A stretch of 64,000 nt of DNA from Chromatiaceae bacterium (GTDB lineage: Bacteria > Pseudomonadota > Gammaproteobacteria > SZUA-140). Below, one piece after another: positions 43,287-52,822 of the stretch (within the stretch, counting starts at the first letter, position 1; each line of letters opens with the position of its first letter). Under the pieces are notes generated by a model, which did no database searches, was not told the DNA's origin, and worked only from the letters and a program-made list of their open reading frames with translations. The position numbers were made by a program, and so were the translations under genes. The DNA is taken from the NCBI GenBank assembly GCA_003232725.1, contig QIJH01000218.1, positions 3,429-67,428 on the forward strand. Reading direction: 5' to 3'.

Positions 43287-43892
43287 ATGAAAATCCAGGT
43301 GTTAACCAAAAAATTGCATGAACTCAAAGAAAAACAGCAGCAGATCGAAACGGCCTGGCGTAAAACAGGCAATCGTGAATTTCTTGAATTCATGGTGGAA
43401 TTACTCCCAAAAGCACTCAACGCAGAACGCTGCAGTATTTTCATCAACAATCCTGACAATAATAACGTCTGGATTCAATGTGGCACAGGGCTTCAGGAAA
43501 AACAGATCTCTGTACCCAAAGATAGCTCCATAGTCGGCAAAGTGATCGCCAGCGGTGAGATTATCATGGAAAACAACCTCGCCAATCAAATAGGTGCGCA
43601 CGACACAATCGCCTTTAAAACCGGTTTTACCTCTAAAAGCACCATCTGCGTGCCCGTATTAGGGGCAAAAACACAGCAGGTAGCGGGCGCCATTCAGGTG
43701 CTGAATAAACTCAATGCCGAATCTGCATTTACCCAGAACGACATTGAAATTGTCAAAAAACTAGCCCACCACCTCCAGGTCAATATCGAGAATATCTACC
43801 AACGCCAGGAGATGGCCAATATTGCTGCAGAGATCGGCAAGAAAGTGAGTCTCATCGAAGCCAAGCTAAAATCACTTGGGCATACAGAATAA
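43287..43892 (+). CDS. stand-alone GAF domain protein
   Basis: 201 aa. ...AERCSIFINNPDNNNVWIQCGTGL...SIVGKVIASGEIIMENNLANQ...TKSTICVPVLGAKTQQVAGAIQVLNK fits the GAF fold. Short coiled coil at both ends. Confidence 0.7.
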   Translation: MKIQVLTKKLHELKEKQQQIETAWRKTGNREFLEFMVELLPKALNAERCSIFINNPDNNNVWIQCGTGLQEKQISVPKDSSIVGKVIASGEIIMENNLANQIGAHDTIAFKTGFTSKSTICVPVLGAKTQQVAGAIQVLNKLNAESAFTQNDIEIVKKLAHHLQVNIENIYQRQEMANIAAEIGKKVSLIEAKLKSLGHTE

Positions 43893-44128
43893 CCCAATAC
43901 AGTGCCAGATGCATATATACAAATGGATTTAACAACCCTCGTCGTCAGGATCAGCAATGCTTTCTCCCCTAAAGATTTGTATACTAAGCAAACTTTATCA
44001 GCATACCGGTTAAGTATTCACGGGTTAACACCCACTGACAATGCGTGACATAACAAGACAGCGAACAATCAACAGAGGCTATGTGTTCGTTAGCAGACAA
44101 TCGCTAACTCGCTAGCCAGAGGAAGAAG

Positions 44129-45319
44129 ATGAAGGCCAAAGACCGCCGAATACAGGAACTGCGTGACACCATTACCGAGCTTTCACCGACCGAAGCGTAC
44201 GAGCTACAACAAAATGGTGCCACCTTGATCGACGTACGTGATAACGAAGAAGTTGCACAGGGCAGCCCAATTGGCGCACTACGTCTGGGGCGCAGCTTCC
44301 TTGAGCTCAAAATCGAAGAGCAGATCCCAGACACCGACCAAACCTTAATCATTATGTGTGCGGGCGGGATGCGTTCACTGTTCGCTGCCGATGGCCTGCA
44401 ACGCATGGGCTACAGCGATGTACGCTCGGTTGCCGGAGGCTTTAGCCACTGGAAAACAGAGGCACAGCCGTTTGAAATGCCGCGCATGCTTGACGCCACC
44501 GCGCGTGAGCGTTATGCCCGCCACCTCTCAATCCCCGATATTGGCGACAAAGGCCAGCTCAAACTACTCGACAGCAAGGTACTGCTGATCGGTGCCGGTG
44601 GCCTCGGCTCACCCAGCGCCTATTATCTAGCTGCAGCAGGTGTCGGTACCCTCGGCATCATCGATGATGATGTGGTGGACCGCAGCAACCTGCAGCGCCA
44701 GATTCTGCACACCGAAGATCGCATCGGCATGCCCAAGGTTGAATCGGCACGCATTGCGCTGGAAGCACTCAACCCGGACGTCAAGGTTGTCGCGCATCAA
44801 ACCCGTATCGATAGCAGCAATGTAGAAGCGCTCTTTGCCGATTATGACGTCATCGTCGACGGCTCAGACAACCTGCCCACCCGTTACCTGATCAACGACG
44901 CCTGCGTAAAGCTTAAAAAGCCCAATGTACACGCCGCCGTCTACCGCTTTGAAGGGCAGATCACTGTCTTCTGGCCAGATTACCAGGGCGACGTGCGCGG
45001 CTCCTGTTACCGTTGCATGTTCCCTGAGCCACCACCGCCAGAACTCGCGCCATCATGTGCGGAGGCTGGCGTACTGGGTGTGATGCCGGGTCTCTTTGGC
45101 CTGCTACAGGCGGTTGAGACAATCAAGATTCTACTCGAAATCGGTACACCACTAGTTAACCGCATGTTGCATTACGATGCACTTAGTGGCGAGTTTATGG
45201 AGATGAACGCCAAGGCCAACCCATCCTGTCGCCATTGCAGCGACGGTGCGGTGTTTCCTGGCTATGAAGACTATGCACAGATCTGCTCATCAACACCGCC
45301 GCCATCTGACGACAAATAA
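44129..45319 (+). CDS. E1-like adenylyltransferase of ThiF/MoeB family with N-terminal rhodanese domain and C-terminal CxxC...CxxC
   Basis: N-terminal rhodanese (active Cys in IIMCAGGMRS), then ThiF/MoeB Rossmann (VLLIGAGGLGSPSAYYLAAAGVGTLGIIDDDVVDRSNLQRQILH, active-site Cys in PSCAEAGVLG). Zn motifs CYRC and CRHC. Domain order is reversed relative to MoeZ/MOCS3. Confidence 0.85.
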   Translation: MKAKDRRIQELRDTITELSPTEAYELQQNGATLIDVRDNEEVAQGSPIGALRLGRSFLELKIEEQIPDTDQTLIIMCAGGMRSLFAADGLQRMGYSDVRSVAGGFSHWKTEAQPFEMPRMLDATARERYARHLSIPDIGDKGQLKLLDSKVLLIGAGGLGSPSAYYLAAAGVGTLGIIDDDVVDRSNLQRQILHTEDRIGMPKVESARIALEALNPDVKVVAHQTRIDSSNVEALFADYDVIVDGSDNLPTRYLINDACVKLKKPNVHAAVYRFEGQITVFWPDYQGDVRGSCYRCMFPEPPPPELAPSCAEAGVLGVMPGLFGLLQAVETIKILLEIGTPLVNRMLHYDALSGEFMEMNAKANPSCRHCSDGAVFPGYEDYAQICSSTPPPSDDK

Positions 45320-45325
45320 GCAAAC

Positions 45326-45355
45326 CCATCGCCACGTTAAATAGCGCGGCGATGG
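45326..45355. terminator. hairpin between convergent genes (8-bp stem ccatcgcc/ggcgatgg)
   Basis: Inverted repeat with 14-nt loop. No strong U-tract. Confidence 0.35.
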
Positions 45356-45364
45356 TCTTCTCAA

Positions 45365-45862
45365 TCAATCCTTGTTTCTAACCGTCTCTACGCCAAAAAA
45401 TAGCACCATCTGATCGCCAATCGCTGGCAATGCAAAGTTCATATCAAAATCTGAACGCTTGAATTTAGCAGTGACATCAAAGCCACACACGTACTTCTCT
45501 TTTTTTAGGGTCCAGCGGGTGGACACCACAATGAATACTTTCCACTTCCAGCACAGCATGCTTTGTCACACCCAGGATGGTTAAATCACCCTAGGAGCCA
45601 TCTTGCCTCCTTTATGAAACTCAACGGTCTTCGCTTGATAGGTGATCGCCGGAAACTCCATCGCATTCAGAAAGTCGATTGAACGCAGGTGGTCGTCACG
45701 TTTCCCCATGCAGGTATAAACGGACGCCGCATCGATCACAATATCAATCGAGCCTATGCTCGCCTTTCGATCCATCGTGCCGCACAATGCGCTCGCGCCT
45801 ATTGACGCCCTATTCCCCTTATGAAGGCGGAACAGGTTAAAAATAGACCGCTTACTCTGCAT
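45365..45862 (-). pseudogene. yceI: YceI-family (polyisoprenoid-binding) protein pseudogene: N-terminally truncated, at least two frameshifts
   Basis: Three frame pieces: ...IDAASVYTCMGKRDDHLRSIDFLNAMEFPAITYQAKTVEF; GDLTILGVTKHAVLEVESIHCGVHPLDPKK; KEKYVCGFDVTAKFKRSDFDMNFALPAIGDQMVLFFGVETV. Joined, they reproduce the YceI fold order. One shift falls in an A7/T7 run (45497-45505). The N-terminal signal-peptide region is absent. Confidence 0.65.
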
Positions 45863-46327
45863 CTAACGATAATATTTTTGCCACTCGTCTTTCGTGATTT
45901 TATACAGGACATGCTCTCTAAGGGGGTTACCCTCTGGAATAATAGGATGTTCAAAATTATCACCGGTGTCTGTCATTCCCAGGCGCGTCATCACTTGCCA
46001 TGATTTTTTATTGGTGACAGATGCAAACGAATAGAGCTTATCGAGCCCTAGCTCAGTGAAGGCAAACCTCATCGCCTCTTTAGCTGCCTCTGAGGCATAG
46101 CCACGCCCCCAGAATTCACTTCTCAAACGTCAACCAATTTCGACACAGCGCGATACTGGCAAGTCGTAGGTAGGCTTGTGCAGCCCGACAAAGCCGATGA
46201 ACTCTCCATCCACAATGGTTTCAGCAGCCCAGAGCCCCCACGATCTCTCTGTTATAAGCCGCTTTATTTTTTCAGCCATGGCATCACTCTCTTCACGGCT
46301 CAAAGTATTGGGGTAATACTTCATCAC
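45863..46327 (-). pseudogene. GNAT N-acetyltransferase (RimJ/RimL-like) interrupted by a single in-frame TGA at a conserved Trp position
   Basis: The 65-codon piece (..SWGLWAAETIVDGEFIGFVGLHKPT...CVEIG) and 87-codon piece (RLRSEFWGRGYASEAAKEAMRFAFTELGLDKLY...) are contiguous in the same frame, separated only by TGA where the EIGW.L motif expects Trp (TGG). Confidence 0.7.
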
Positions 46328-46407
46328 CTGTAACTACTCAGCGAGTAGTCAAAATTAACAGTGACTGCTCAGCTAACCCATCAACTCCCAGCATCTCATA
46401 AAAAATT

Positions 46408-46479
46408 TAGTAACTATTCAGTTCACTCCTGAAATCTGAATAGTTATATACCCATCTTCCATTATGCTGAATAGTTACA
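46408..46479. repeat. MITE-like inverted-repeat element, short copy (72 bp)
   Basis: Same 28-bp 5' end and 17-bp 3' end as 21017-21186. The interior is reduced to a second partial TIR copy (ctgaatagttata). Confidence 0.6.
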
Positions 46480-46911
46480 AAATTTATTATGCGCTACCCC
46501 GACAACATACTCTGTTTTATCTTCCAAGCACCCCTGTCAACTCGTAAATAATTTAAAGAGGAATGGACAGCGACGCTCCCGGGTTTCGCTTGCGCTCAAC
46601 CCAGGCTACACATATCAAATACCGTCATTCCGGCCAATAAGAATGGTGGGGGGGTGCCGGGATCAGGGTAAGCTGATCTCTGGTCCCAATCAATTCCAGC
46701 ACAAAACTTGATGAGCACTCGCAATAACACACCAATAAAAACTTAAACCTACTTGTTTTGAATGTAGCTGAGTGCTAGTTTAACGAAAAGGCCATCTATT
46801 TTTGAGCGGCGTAAAAATGCCCTAAATATACAATGTATGGCTGTCATATATCACAACCACACACGGCTGCATATCAACCGCTAATTCACTTAGCGATAGA
46901 GGAGTATCAAA

Positions 46912-46983
46912 TTGGATCTATTAATAGCAATCATCATCGTTTGGATTGGCTGGCTAATATTCCGACGCAAAGAAAAAAAGTAG
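46912..46983 (+). other. candidate small hydrophobic peptide (23 aa, TTG start)
   Basis: GAGGAG SD 7 nt upstream of TTG. Encodes (M)DLLIAIIIVWIGWLIFRRKEKK*, one TM helix plus basic tail, reminiscent of type I toxin / small membrane peptides. Unverified. Confidence 0.25.
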
Positions 46984-47045
46984 GGTATAGCAGGTTAAAT
47001 TTCACCATCAATACAAGTCGTATACCCAAGTAAATCTCTACCTGC

Positions 47046-47267
47046 CTGGATCAACTCATCAAGCAACATTTTAGCCGAACTAAACATGAGACTGGCATTG
47101 CGGAACTAATGCTACAAGGGTAGCCAGCCAAACGCATCGCAATAAAAACCAATGTCAGCCACGAGACGGTTAGATGGTATATAAAAAAGATCTGTGCAAA
47201 AAACCACTCGAATTCTCAAGCTGAATTTATCGTAAAACACTCCGCGGACTCGCTTCAAGCGCCTTAA
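47046..47267 (+). pseudogene. LuxR/GerE-type HTH remnant with in-frame TAG
   Basis: Reads LDQLIKQHFSRTKHETGIAELMLQG*PAKRIAIKTNVSHETVRWYIKKICAKNHSNSQAEFIVKH. This is the canonical LuxR C-terminal HTH (LT.RE.EI...G.S.KEIA..L.IS..TV..H...I..KL.V.....A), with a stop at 47121 and no upstream regulatory/receiver domain. Confidence 0.55.
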
Positions 47268-47361
47268 CTACAACCACATAGAGATTCACTACAAAGATAA
47301 ATCCAGGAAATACTTAACCCTTAGGAGGTACGAAGTATATAAAGCCAGTCATCACAGGGAA

Positions 47362-47814
47362 TCATTCAAAAACCACATCTTTATCTTTGATTGAAAATAC
47401 CAATTCGGAGACAATCTCAACACCCCTCTTCAGCTTGGGCAAGCCGACGCAACCACTCCAACGTGCTTTAGGCGCAAGTACTTTATGCTGTGAATAAATC
47501 TGATAGCCAGGAACTGCAAGATCATCGCTAAAACCCACTTGACGGGCAACAATATTCCACTCGACCAATGTGATCGTTTTATCACTAAAATTATCAACTG
47601 TTATTTTAAGTGGTGACGATCCGTCACAACTCCCCAACGAATACTCAACCGATACAGCCACCGCCTCAATTACTTTTTTTTCTGTCCAGTCCTGATAATA
47701 TAAAAACCCACCAATAGCACTTCCCGCCAACACCAACATACCAAGACCACCAAACATTTTCTTTGGAAAAATGATAAATAACGATAAGACTATCGCGATA
47801 ACCAGCCACTTCAT
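47362..47814 (-). CDS. hypothetical membrane-anchored protein (150 aa)
   Basis: Two N-terminal hydrophobic helices (MKWLVIAIVLSLFIIF..., GLGMLVLAGSAIGGFLYY), then soluble domain. No family recognised. Confidence 0.5.
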   Translation of the reverse strand: MKWLVIAIVLSLFIIFPKKMFGGLGMLVLAGSAIGGFLYYQDWTEKKVIEAVAVSVEYSLGSCDGSSPLKITVDNFSDKTITLVEWNIVARQVGFSDDLAVPGYQIYSQHKVLAPKARWSGCVGLPKLKRGVEIVSELVFSIKDKDVVFE

Positions 47815-47919
47815 GAATAACTCTCGATTTCACACATCATTTAAAAAGGAAGCAATACTCGAACAATAAACCATGCAGAAATTCAGCGTGAAGCATTACC
47901 TGGTCAAATAAAAACTACT

Positions 47920-48747
47920 TCACCATCGGTATCCACGGGCCAAAGCACGTGTAGAAAACTCTCGATCCTTCAAACCAACATTGACTTCAATATCTCGAGC
48001 ATCATAAACAATCGTTGAATTTGCCCTGAAGTTTTTCACAATCCCGGTCTCCCATACCCATGCCCCTTTGATTCGGCGCCAGGTGATAAACTGCTTTTTG
48101 ACCATCTTCATCTCTTTATCAAAATAGTCAACGCGACTTTCAAGGCAGTGTTCCCAATTTTCACCCTTACTAAACCATGAGATACGTTTTCCATAGACAG
48201 GATCATGTTTAGGAACACTTTCAACAATATAGAACACCTTTCCTTCCACGGTTCGTTCTTCAACGAAACGGTGTTCATCTTCATTGATATCACGCACCCG
48301 CAGGTCATCATCACTAAAGCCCCAATCCATCTCCTCAGGCGAACGTTTCGAGATTCGCTTTACAATACGCATCTCTGGCAAATAGACCCACTGATCTGCA
48401 AGCCTGTCGCTGCCATTAACATACCCCCAGCGCATAAAAGCCAATCCCTTGTTATGCGCTGATGCCGTGTAAAGCACGACTTTGTCGACGATGCCATCTT
48501 TACCGCCATAGTTTTTCCACAAACGCACATATTCACTGGAGACTTTTCGACCATTGGTAAGTGTACTGGTAACCAGCAAACGGGAACGCTGATCTTCCCC
48601 GCCATTTTTGTAATAACAATGCTCAACTATTTCAATACCACTTAATGGCCTGGTTATTTCAGTGCGCACTTCTGCCGCAAACGCAAATGGATAAAACAGC
48701 GCCAGAATTACCACTGAGATCACCTGATTAATGACTTGATGATTCAT
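47920..48747 (-). CDS. LolA-like outer-membrane lipoprotein-sorting family protein (secreted)
   Basis: Signal peptide (VISVVILALFYPFAFA). QWVYLPEMRIVKRIS...FSDDDL...FYIVESVPK...NVGLKDREFSTRALARG matches the LolA_like/outer membrane lipoprotein-sorting family pattern. Confidence 0.6.
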   Translation of the reverse strand: MNHQVINQVISVVILALFYPFAFAAEVRTEITRPLSGIEIVEHCYYKNGGEDQRSRLLVTSTLTNGRKVSSEYVRLWKNYGGKDGIVDKVVLYTASAHNKGLAFMRWGYVNGSDRLADQWVYLPEMRIVKRISKRSPEEMDWGFSDDDLRVRDINEDEHRFVEERTVEGKVFYIVESVPKHDPVYGKRISWFSKGENWEHCLESRVDYFDKEMKMVKKQFITWRRIKGAWVWETGIVKNFRANSTIVYDARDIEVNVGLKDREFSTRALARGYRW

Positions 48748-48789
48748 ATCTTACATAACTCCATTCTGCCGCCATTCGTTGAACCGGTC

Positions 48790-50280
48790 TTACTGCCGCC
48801 TAACTAAAGGCACTGCCATCAGTCCCAGAATCAAAATCAAAACAGCAGCATTACCGACCATTACATAAGGCGTAGTTCCTTGCATTGGCACTACAACATC
48901 ACTCAATGTTACCTCTTCAAATTGCGGCGCAATCGATTGGAAGCGCCCCTGATGGTCAATGATTGCAGAGACCCCGGTATTGGTTGCACGCAACAGTGGT
49001 CGGCCACTCTCTTTAGCGCGCATCCGTGCAATCTGCAGGTGTTGGTGCGGTGCACTTGAATCCGCAAACCAGGCATCGTTACTCACATTAACCAGTAACG
49101 TTGCCTCCGGTAGTTGCATAATCACCTCTTCACCAAAAGCATCTTCAAAACAAATAGAAATGCCAACCTTTTGCCCTGCTATTGGTAGCGGGCGCTGATC
49201 ATCCGACCCCGCACTGAAATCTGACATCGGCACCTGAATAATATCAACCAATACAGATAACCACGCTTTTAGCGGTAGATATTCGGTAAACGGCACCAGA
49301 TGGCGCTTGTGATAAAAGCCTGTGGCGCTACCGAGACTCATCATCGTGTTGTAGTACTGGCGCGTCTCCCCGTCGAGATAGACCAGTCCCAATAAGATAT
49401 CCGTATTATTAAAACGCGCCTCTTCAGCAAGCCCGGCAAGAAAATTGCTTGATTCATGAAAAAAACCGGGCAATGCCGTCTCTGGCCAGATGACCAGGTC
49501 GCTTTCCCAGCTTTCACGTGTCAGCTGTGCATACAGATCAATGGTGGGCACCTTCATTGATGGCAGCCACTTTAATTCCTGCGGGATATTACCCTGTATC
49601 AATGTCACCTTCATCGGTTCACCCGCAGGCGATACCCAGCTCAACTGGTTTGCCAACAAACCACCACACCACAACAGTGCCAACGCAACAATGTGAAATG
49701 ATTTTTGACCAATGTAGATATTGCGAATCACAATCGCGATAAATGCAGCGCTGAGTGCCACCGCAAGTGAAACGCCATAAACACCCAGTAATGAAGCAAA
49801 GCCGCCGAGCGGCGTTTCGATTTGGCTATAACCAACATTAAGCCACGGTAAGCCAGTGAACATCCAGCCACGGATCCATTCAAACAACACCCATACTGCC
49901 GGAAAACACCACAACAACGTCGCCGTGGCTGACAAATTAAAGCGCTGTCGAAACTTCACTGCCACGCCACCGGTCAGCGCAAGAAATGTCGCAAACAGCA
50001 ACACAAACATCGACGTGATAAAGAGTGACAACACAAAGCCAACATTGCCATAATGGTGCATGCTAATGAAAACCCACCACACACCGACACCAAACATACC
50101 GATGCCAAACAACAAGCCGCGCCACATCGCGCGGCGCGTAGTACTATGAAGCCAGATGAGAAAAATAGTGACTAACGAAACAATCGCCAGTGGATAAAAA
50201 TCATATGGCGAAAATGCAAACGGTAACAAGCCACCTGCGATCAATGCCAGTAAATCGCCGCGCCATGTTGCGATTATCAA
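48790..50280 (-). CDS. lnt: apolipoprotein N-acyltransferase Lnt
   Basis: Multi-TM N-terminal half, C-terminal CN-hydrolase domain (LVIWPETALP...ICFEDAF...). 496 aa. corC-lnt synteny. Confidence 0.92.
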   Translation of the reverse strand: MIIATWRGDLLALIAGGLLPFAFSPYDFYPLAIVSLVTIFLIWLHSTTRRAMWRGLLFGIGMFGVGVWWVFISMHHYGNVGFVLSLFITSMFVLLFATFLALTGGVAVKFRQRFNLSATATLLWCFPAVWVLFEWIRGWMFTGLPWLNVGYSQIETPLGGFASLLGVYGVSLAVALSAAFIAIVIRNIYIGQKSFHIVALALLWCGGLLANQLSWVSPAGEPMKVTLIQGNIPQELKWLPSMKVPTIDLYAQLTRESWESDLVIWPETALPGFFHESSNFLAGLAEEARFNNTDILLGLVYLDGETRQYYNTMMSLGSATGFYHKRHLVPFTEYLPLKAWLSVLVDIIQVPMSDFSAGSDDQRPLPIAGQKVGISICFEDAFGEEVIMQLPEATLLVNVSNDAWFADSSAPHQHLQIARMRAKESGRPLLRATNTGVSAIIDHQGRFQSIAPQFEEVTLSDVVVPMQGTTPYVMVGNAAVLILILGLMAVPLVRRQ

Positions 50281-50291
50281 GCGCAGCCCTC

Positions 50292-51239
50292 TTACTGATT
50301 AGTCGTTGAAGCAGTCGTGCCTTCTATCTGCAAGCTCATCTGCAGCAGATGAATACGTCGACTATCGGCATGCAGCACCTTGAAGTGGAAGCGGCCAAGC
50401 TCATATTTTTCACCGCGTTTAGGCAGGTGACCAAATGAGCGCATCATCAATCCACCAATCGTATCGCAATCTTCATCGCTGAGTTCAGATTCAAAATATT
50501 CGTTGAACTCTTCGATTGGGGTGAGCGCCTTAATGGTAAAGCTGACATCACTATGTTTCATGATATAGCTATCTTCCGCTACATCATGCTCATCGATAAT
50601 TTCACCGACAATCTGCTCCAGCACATCTTCAATCGTCACCAGACCGTCAATACCACCGTACTCATCAACGACAATCGCCATGTGATTTCGACTGGCGCGG
50701 AAATCTTTTAATAAAACATTGAGACGCTTGCTATCCGGGATAAATGCCGCCGGGCGCAGCACATCACGTACGTTAAAGGGCTTGCTGCCATCAAGCGCAT
50801 AGGACAACAGATCCTTTGCCAGTAGAATGCCCTCTACTTCATCCTTACCATCACCGATAACCGGAAAGCGCGAATGGGCTGATTTAACAATCACTGGCAA
50901 AATCTCCTTCAATGGCACATCACGTTCCACTACCACCATCTGCGAACGTGGAATCATAATATCCCGCACCTGCATCTCGGAAACCTCCAGTACCCCTTCA
51001 ATCATGGTAAGGGCATCAGCATCCAGCAGATGGCGCTGCTGAGACTCACGCAGGGTCTCGATAAGTTCTACACGATCCGCCGGCTCCTGTGCAAACGCCT
51101 TCTTCAGTTTTCCTAAGAAGCCATCTTTTGCAAGCGCCGGCTCAGGCGATCGGTCGCTGTTCATGGTTGTCCTATTCCTGGTTTCATTGGTTCTCCAATC
51201 ATCAAATCTAAAATCGTCTTCATCACTACACGAGGCCAT
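50292..51239 (-). CDS. corC: CorC/YbeX family Mg2+/Co2+ efflux-associated protein (CBS pair + CorC_HlyC)
   Basis: Tandem CBS domains ([17 protein letters not shown]...; [27 protein letters not shown]) and transporter-associated C-terminal domain. Confidence 0.9.
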   Translation of the reverse strand: MASCSDEDDFRFDDWRTNETRNRTTMNSDRSPEPALAKDGFLGKLKKAFAQEPADRVELIETLRESQQRHLLDADALTMIEGVLEVSEMQVRDIMIPRSQMVVVERDVPLKEILPVIVKSAHSRFPVIGDGKDEVEGILLAKDLLSYALDGSKPFNVRDVLRPAAFIPDSKRLNVLLKDFRASRNHMAIVVDEYGGIDGLVTIEDVLEQIVGEIIDEHDVAEDSYIMKHSDVSFTIKALTPIEEFNEYFESELSDEDCDTIGGLMMRSFGHLPKRGEKYELGRFHFKVLHADSRRIHLLQMSLQIEGTTASTTNQ

Positions 51240-51747
51240 CGTCCATATATGGGTCGTCGAATCCCAAGTATGCCATGATTTTTCCCTCTAAATCTTCCAT
51301 TTCACAGGCATCACTATCATCAATATGGTCATAACCACGCAGATGTAACACCCCATGCACTACCAGATGGGCCCAATGGGCACGCACAGTTTTACCTTGC
51401 GCCCGCGCTTCTTGCGCCACTAACGGAACGCAGATGATAAGGTCGCCCAGCAGTGGCAGTGGCATATCGGGCGGTGCCTCAAACGGAAATGAGAGAATAT
51501 TAGTCGGCCCCGGCTTATTGCGATACTGTTGATTAAGCGCAGCACTTTCATCGTTTTCGACCAGTCGAATGGTGAGTTCAACCTCATCCATTGTGCCTTC
51601 AAGTGCCGCCGAAACCCACTGTTCCAGGTCTGTCTGCACCGCTAGATCGGCATCTTGCGATTGCGACAATGCAAGCTGCAAATCTAGCACTAAGTCCAAA
51701 TCAGCACGCTCAGATTGACCTGGTTCAACGTCCACGCAACCCGCCAT
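51226..51747 (-). CDS. ybeY: endoribonuclease YbeY (16S rRNA maturation)
   Basis: HxxxHxxxxxH zinc motif ([15 protein letters not shown]). ~173 aa from the Met at 51747; the ORF track extends upstream into ybeZ. Confidence 0.9.
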   Translation of the reverse strand: MAGCVDVEPGQSERADLDLVLDLQLALSQSQDADLAVQTDLEQWVSAALEGTMDEVELTIRLVENDESAALNQQYRNKPGPTNILSFPFEAPPDMPLPLLGDLIICVPLVAQEARAQGKTVRAHWAHLVVHGVLHLRGYDHIDDSDACEMEDLEGKIMAYLGFDDPYMDDGLV

Positions 51748-52792
51748 CTTTCTCTTCCTGCGCCTCTTTGGCGGCATAGGCCTGCACAATGCATTGCACC
51801 AGCGGATGACGCACCACATCCTGCGACTCAAAGAAGGTAAAGCTAATGCCCTTGATCTCTTTCAGAACATCGATCACATGCCGTAGTCCCGAGACGCTAC
51901 CACGCGGTAGATCAACCTGTGTCACGTCGCCAGTGACTACCACGGTCGAACCAAAACCGACACGGGTCAGAAACATCTTCATCTGCTCAACGGTAGTATT
52001 TTGCGCCTCATCGAGGATGATAAAAGATTCATTCAAGGTACGACCACGCATATAGGCAAGCGGTGCCACTTCAATCACATTCTGTTCAATTAGTTTGGCA
52101 ACACGCTCAAAACCAAGCATTTCATACAGTGCATCATAGAGCGGACGCAGATAGGGATCGATCTTCTGTGACAGATCTCCCGGTAAAAAGCCGAGGCGCT
52201 CACCCGCCTCCACAGCCGGACGCACCAACAATATGCGACGCACCTCTTCCTTCTCTAATGCTTCAACCGCGCAGGCAACTGCCAGATAGGTTTTACCGGT
52301 ACCGGCAGGGCCAATGCCAAAGTTGATCTCATGACTCAAAATGCGCTGCAGATACAGCGCCTGATTAATCCCGCGCCCTTTGATACCACCCTTTTTGGTC
52401 TGAATCTGCACGCTCTCAACGACCTGCTGTTGCAACGCTTTCAACGCGGGCGCAGAGTGTAATGCCAGCTGAACCTGCGAAGGGGCGAGTGTTGCGCCAT
52501 CTGTTTCCGCATACAGCGTCGTTAATAGCTTACTGGCCTCGATCACGGCATCGGGTTTTCCCGCGAGGCGAAAATCATTACCGCGATTACTGATCTCAAC
52601 ACCAAAGTGTGCCTCGATCTGGCGCAGATGGCCATCAAACTGGCCACAAAGTTCAGCCAGACGCTGGTTGTCGACAGGCTCTAAAAGCAGCTCGCTAATC
52701 TGTTGATTATCACTCAAGACGGGATTCACATATATAGTTGAGAGGAAAAGAAAACGGTGCGTCTCGATGGCGCATGGGCTACATCTACGCAC
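51725..52792 (-). CDS. ybeZ: PhoH-like ATPase YbeZ
   Basis: Walker [14 protein letters not shown], PhoH signature ...[20 protein letters not shown]...[11 protein letters not shown]. The true start is probably internal to the 355-codon ORF. Confidence 0.9.
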   Translation of the reverse strand: MRRCSPCAIETHRFLFLSTIYVNPVLSDNQQISELLLEPVDNQRLAELCGQFDGHLRQIEAHFGVEISNRGNDFRLAGKPDAVIEASKLLTTLYAETDGATLAPSQVQLALHSAPALKALQQQVVESVQIQTKKGGIKGRGINQALYLQRILSHEINFGIGPAGTGKTYLAVACAVEALEKEEVRRILLVRPAVEAGERLGFLPGDLSQKIDPYLRPLYDALYEMLGFERVAKLIEQNVIEVAPLAYMRGRTLNESFIILDEAQNTTVEQMKMFLTRVGFGSTVVVTGDVTQVDLPRGSVSGLRHVIDVLKEIKGISFTFFESQDVVRHPLVQCIVQAYAAKEAQEEKDGGLRGR

Positions 52793-52822
52793 GGTATGTC
52801 ATGTGCTGATACTGAAAGACCG

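Noticed and set aside
46127-46129. In-frame TGA inside the GNAT gene considered as TGA=Trp recoding (genetic code 4) or selenocysteine
   Set aside because: Many genes in the window terminate normally with TGA, and TGA-as-Trp does not rescue the DUF971 split. No SECIS-like hairpin follows. A simple nonsense mutation is the parsimonious reading.
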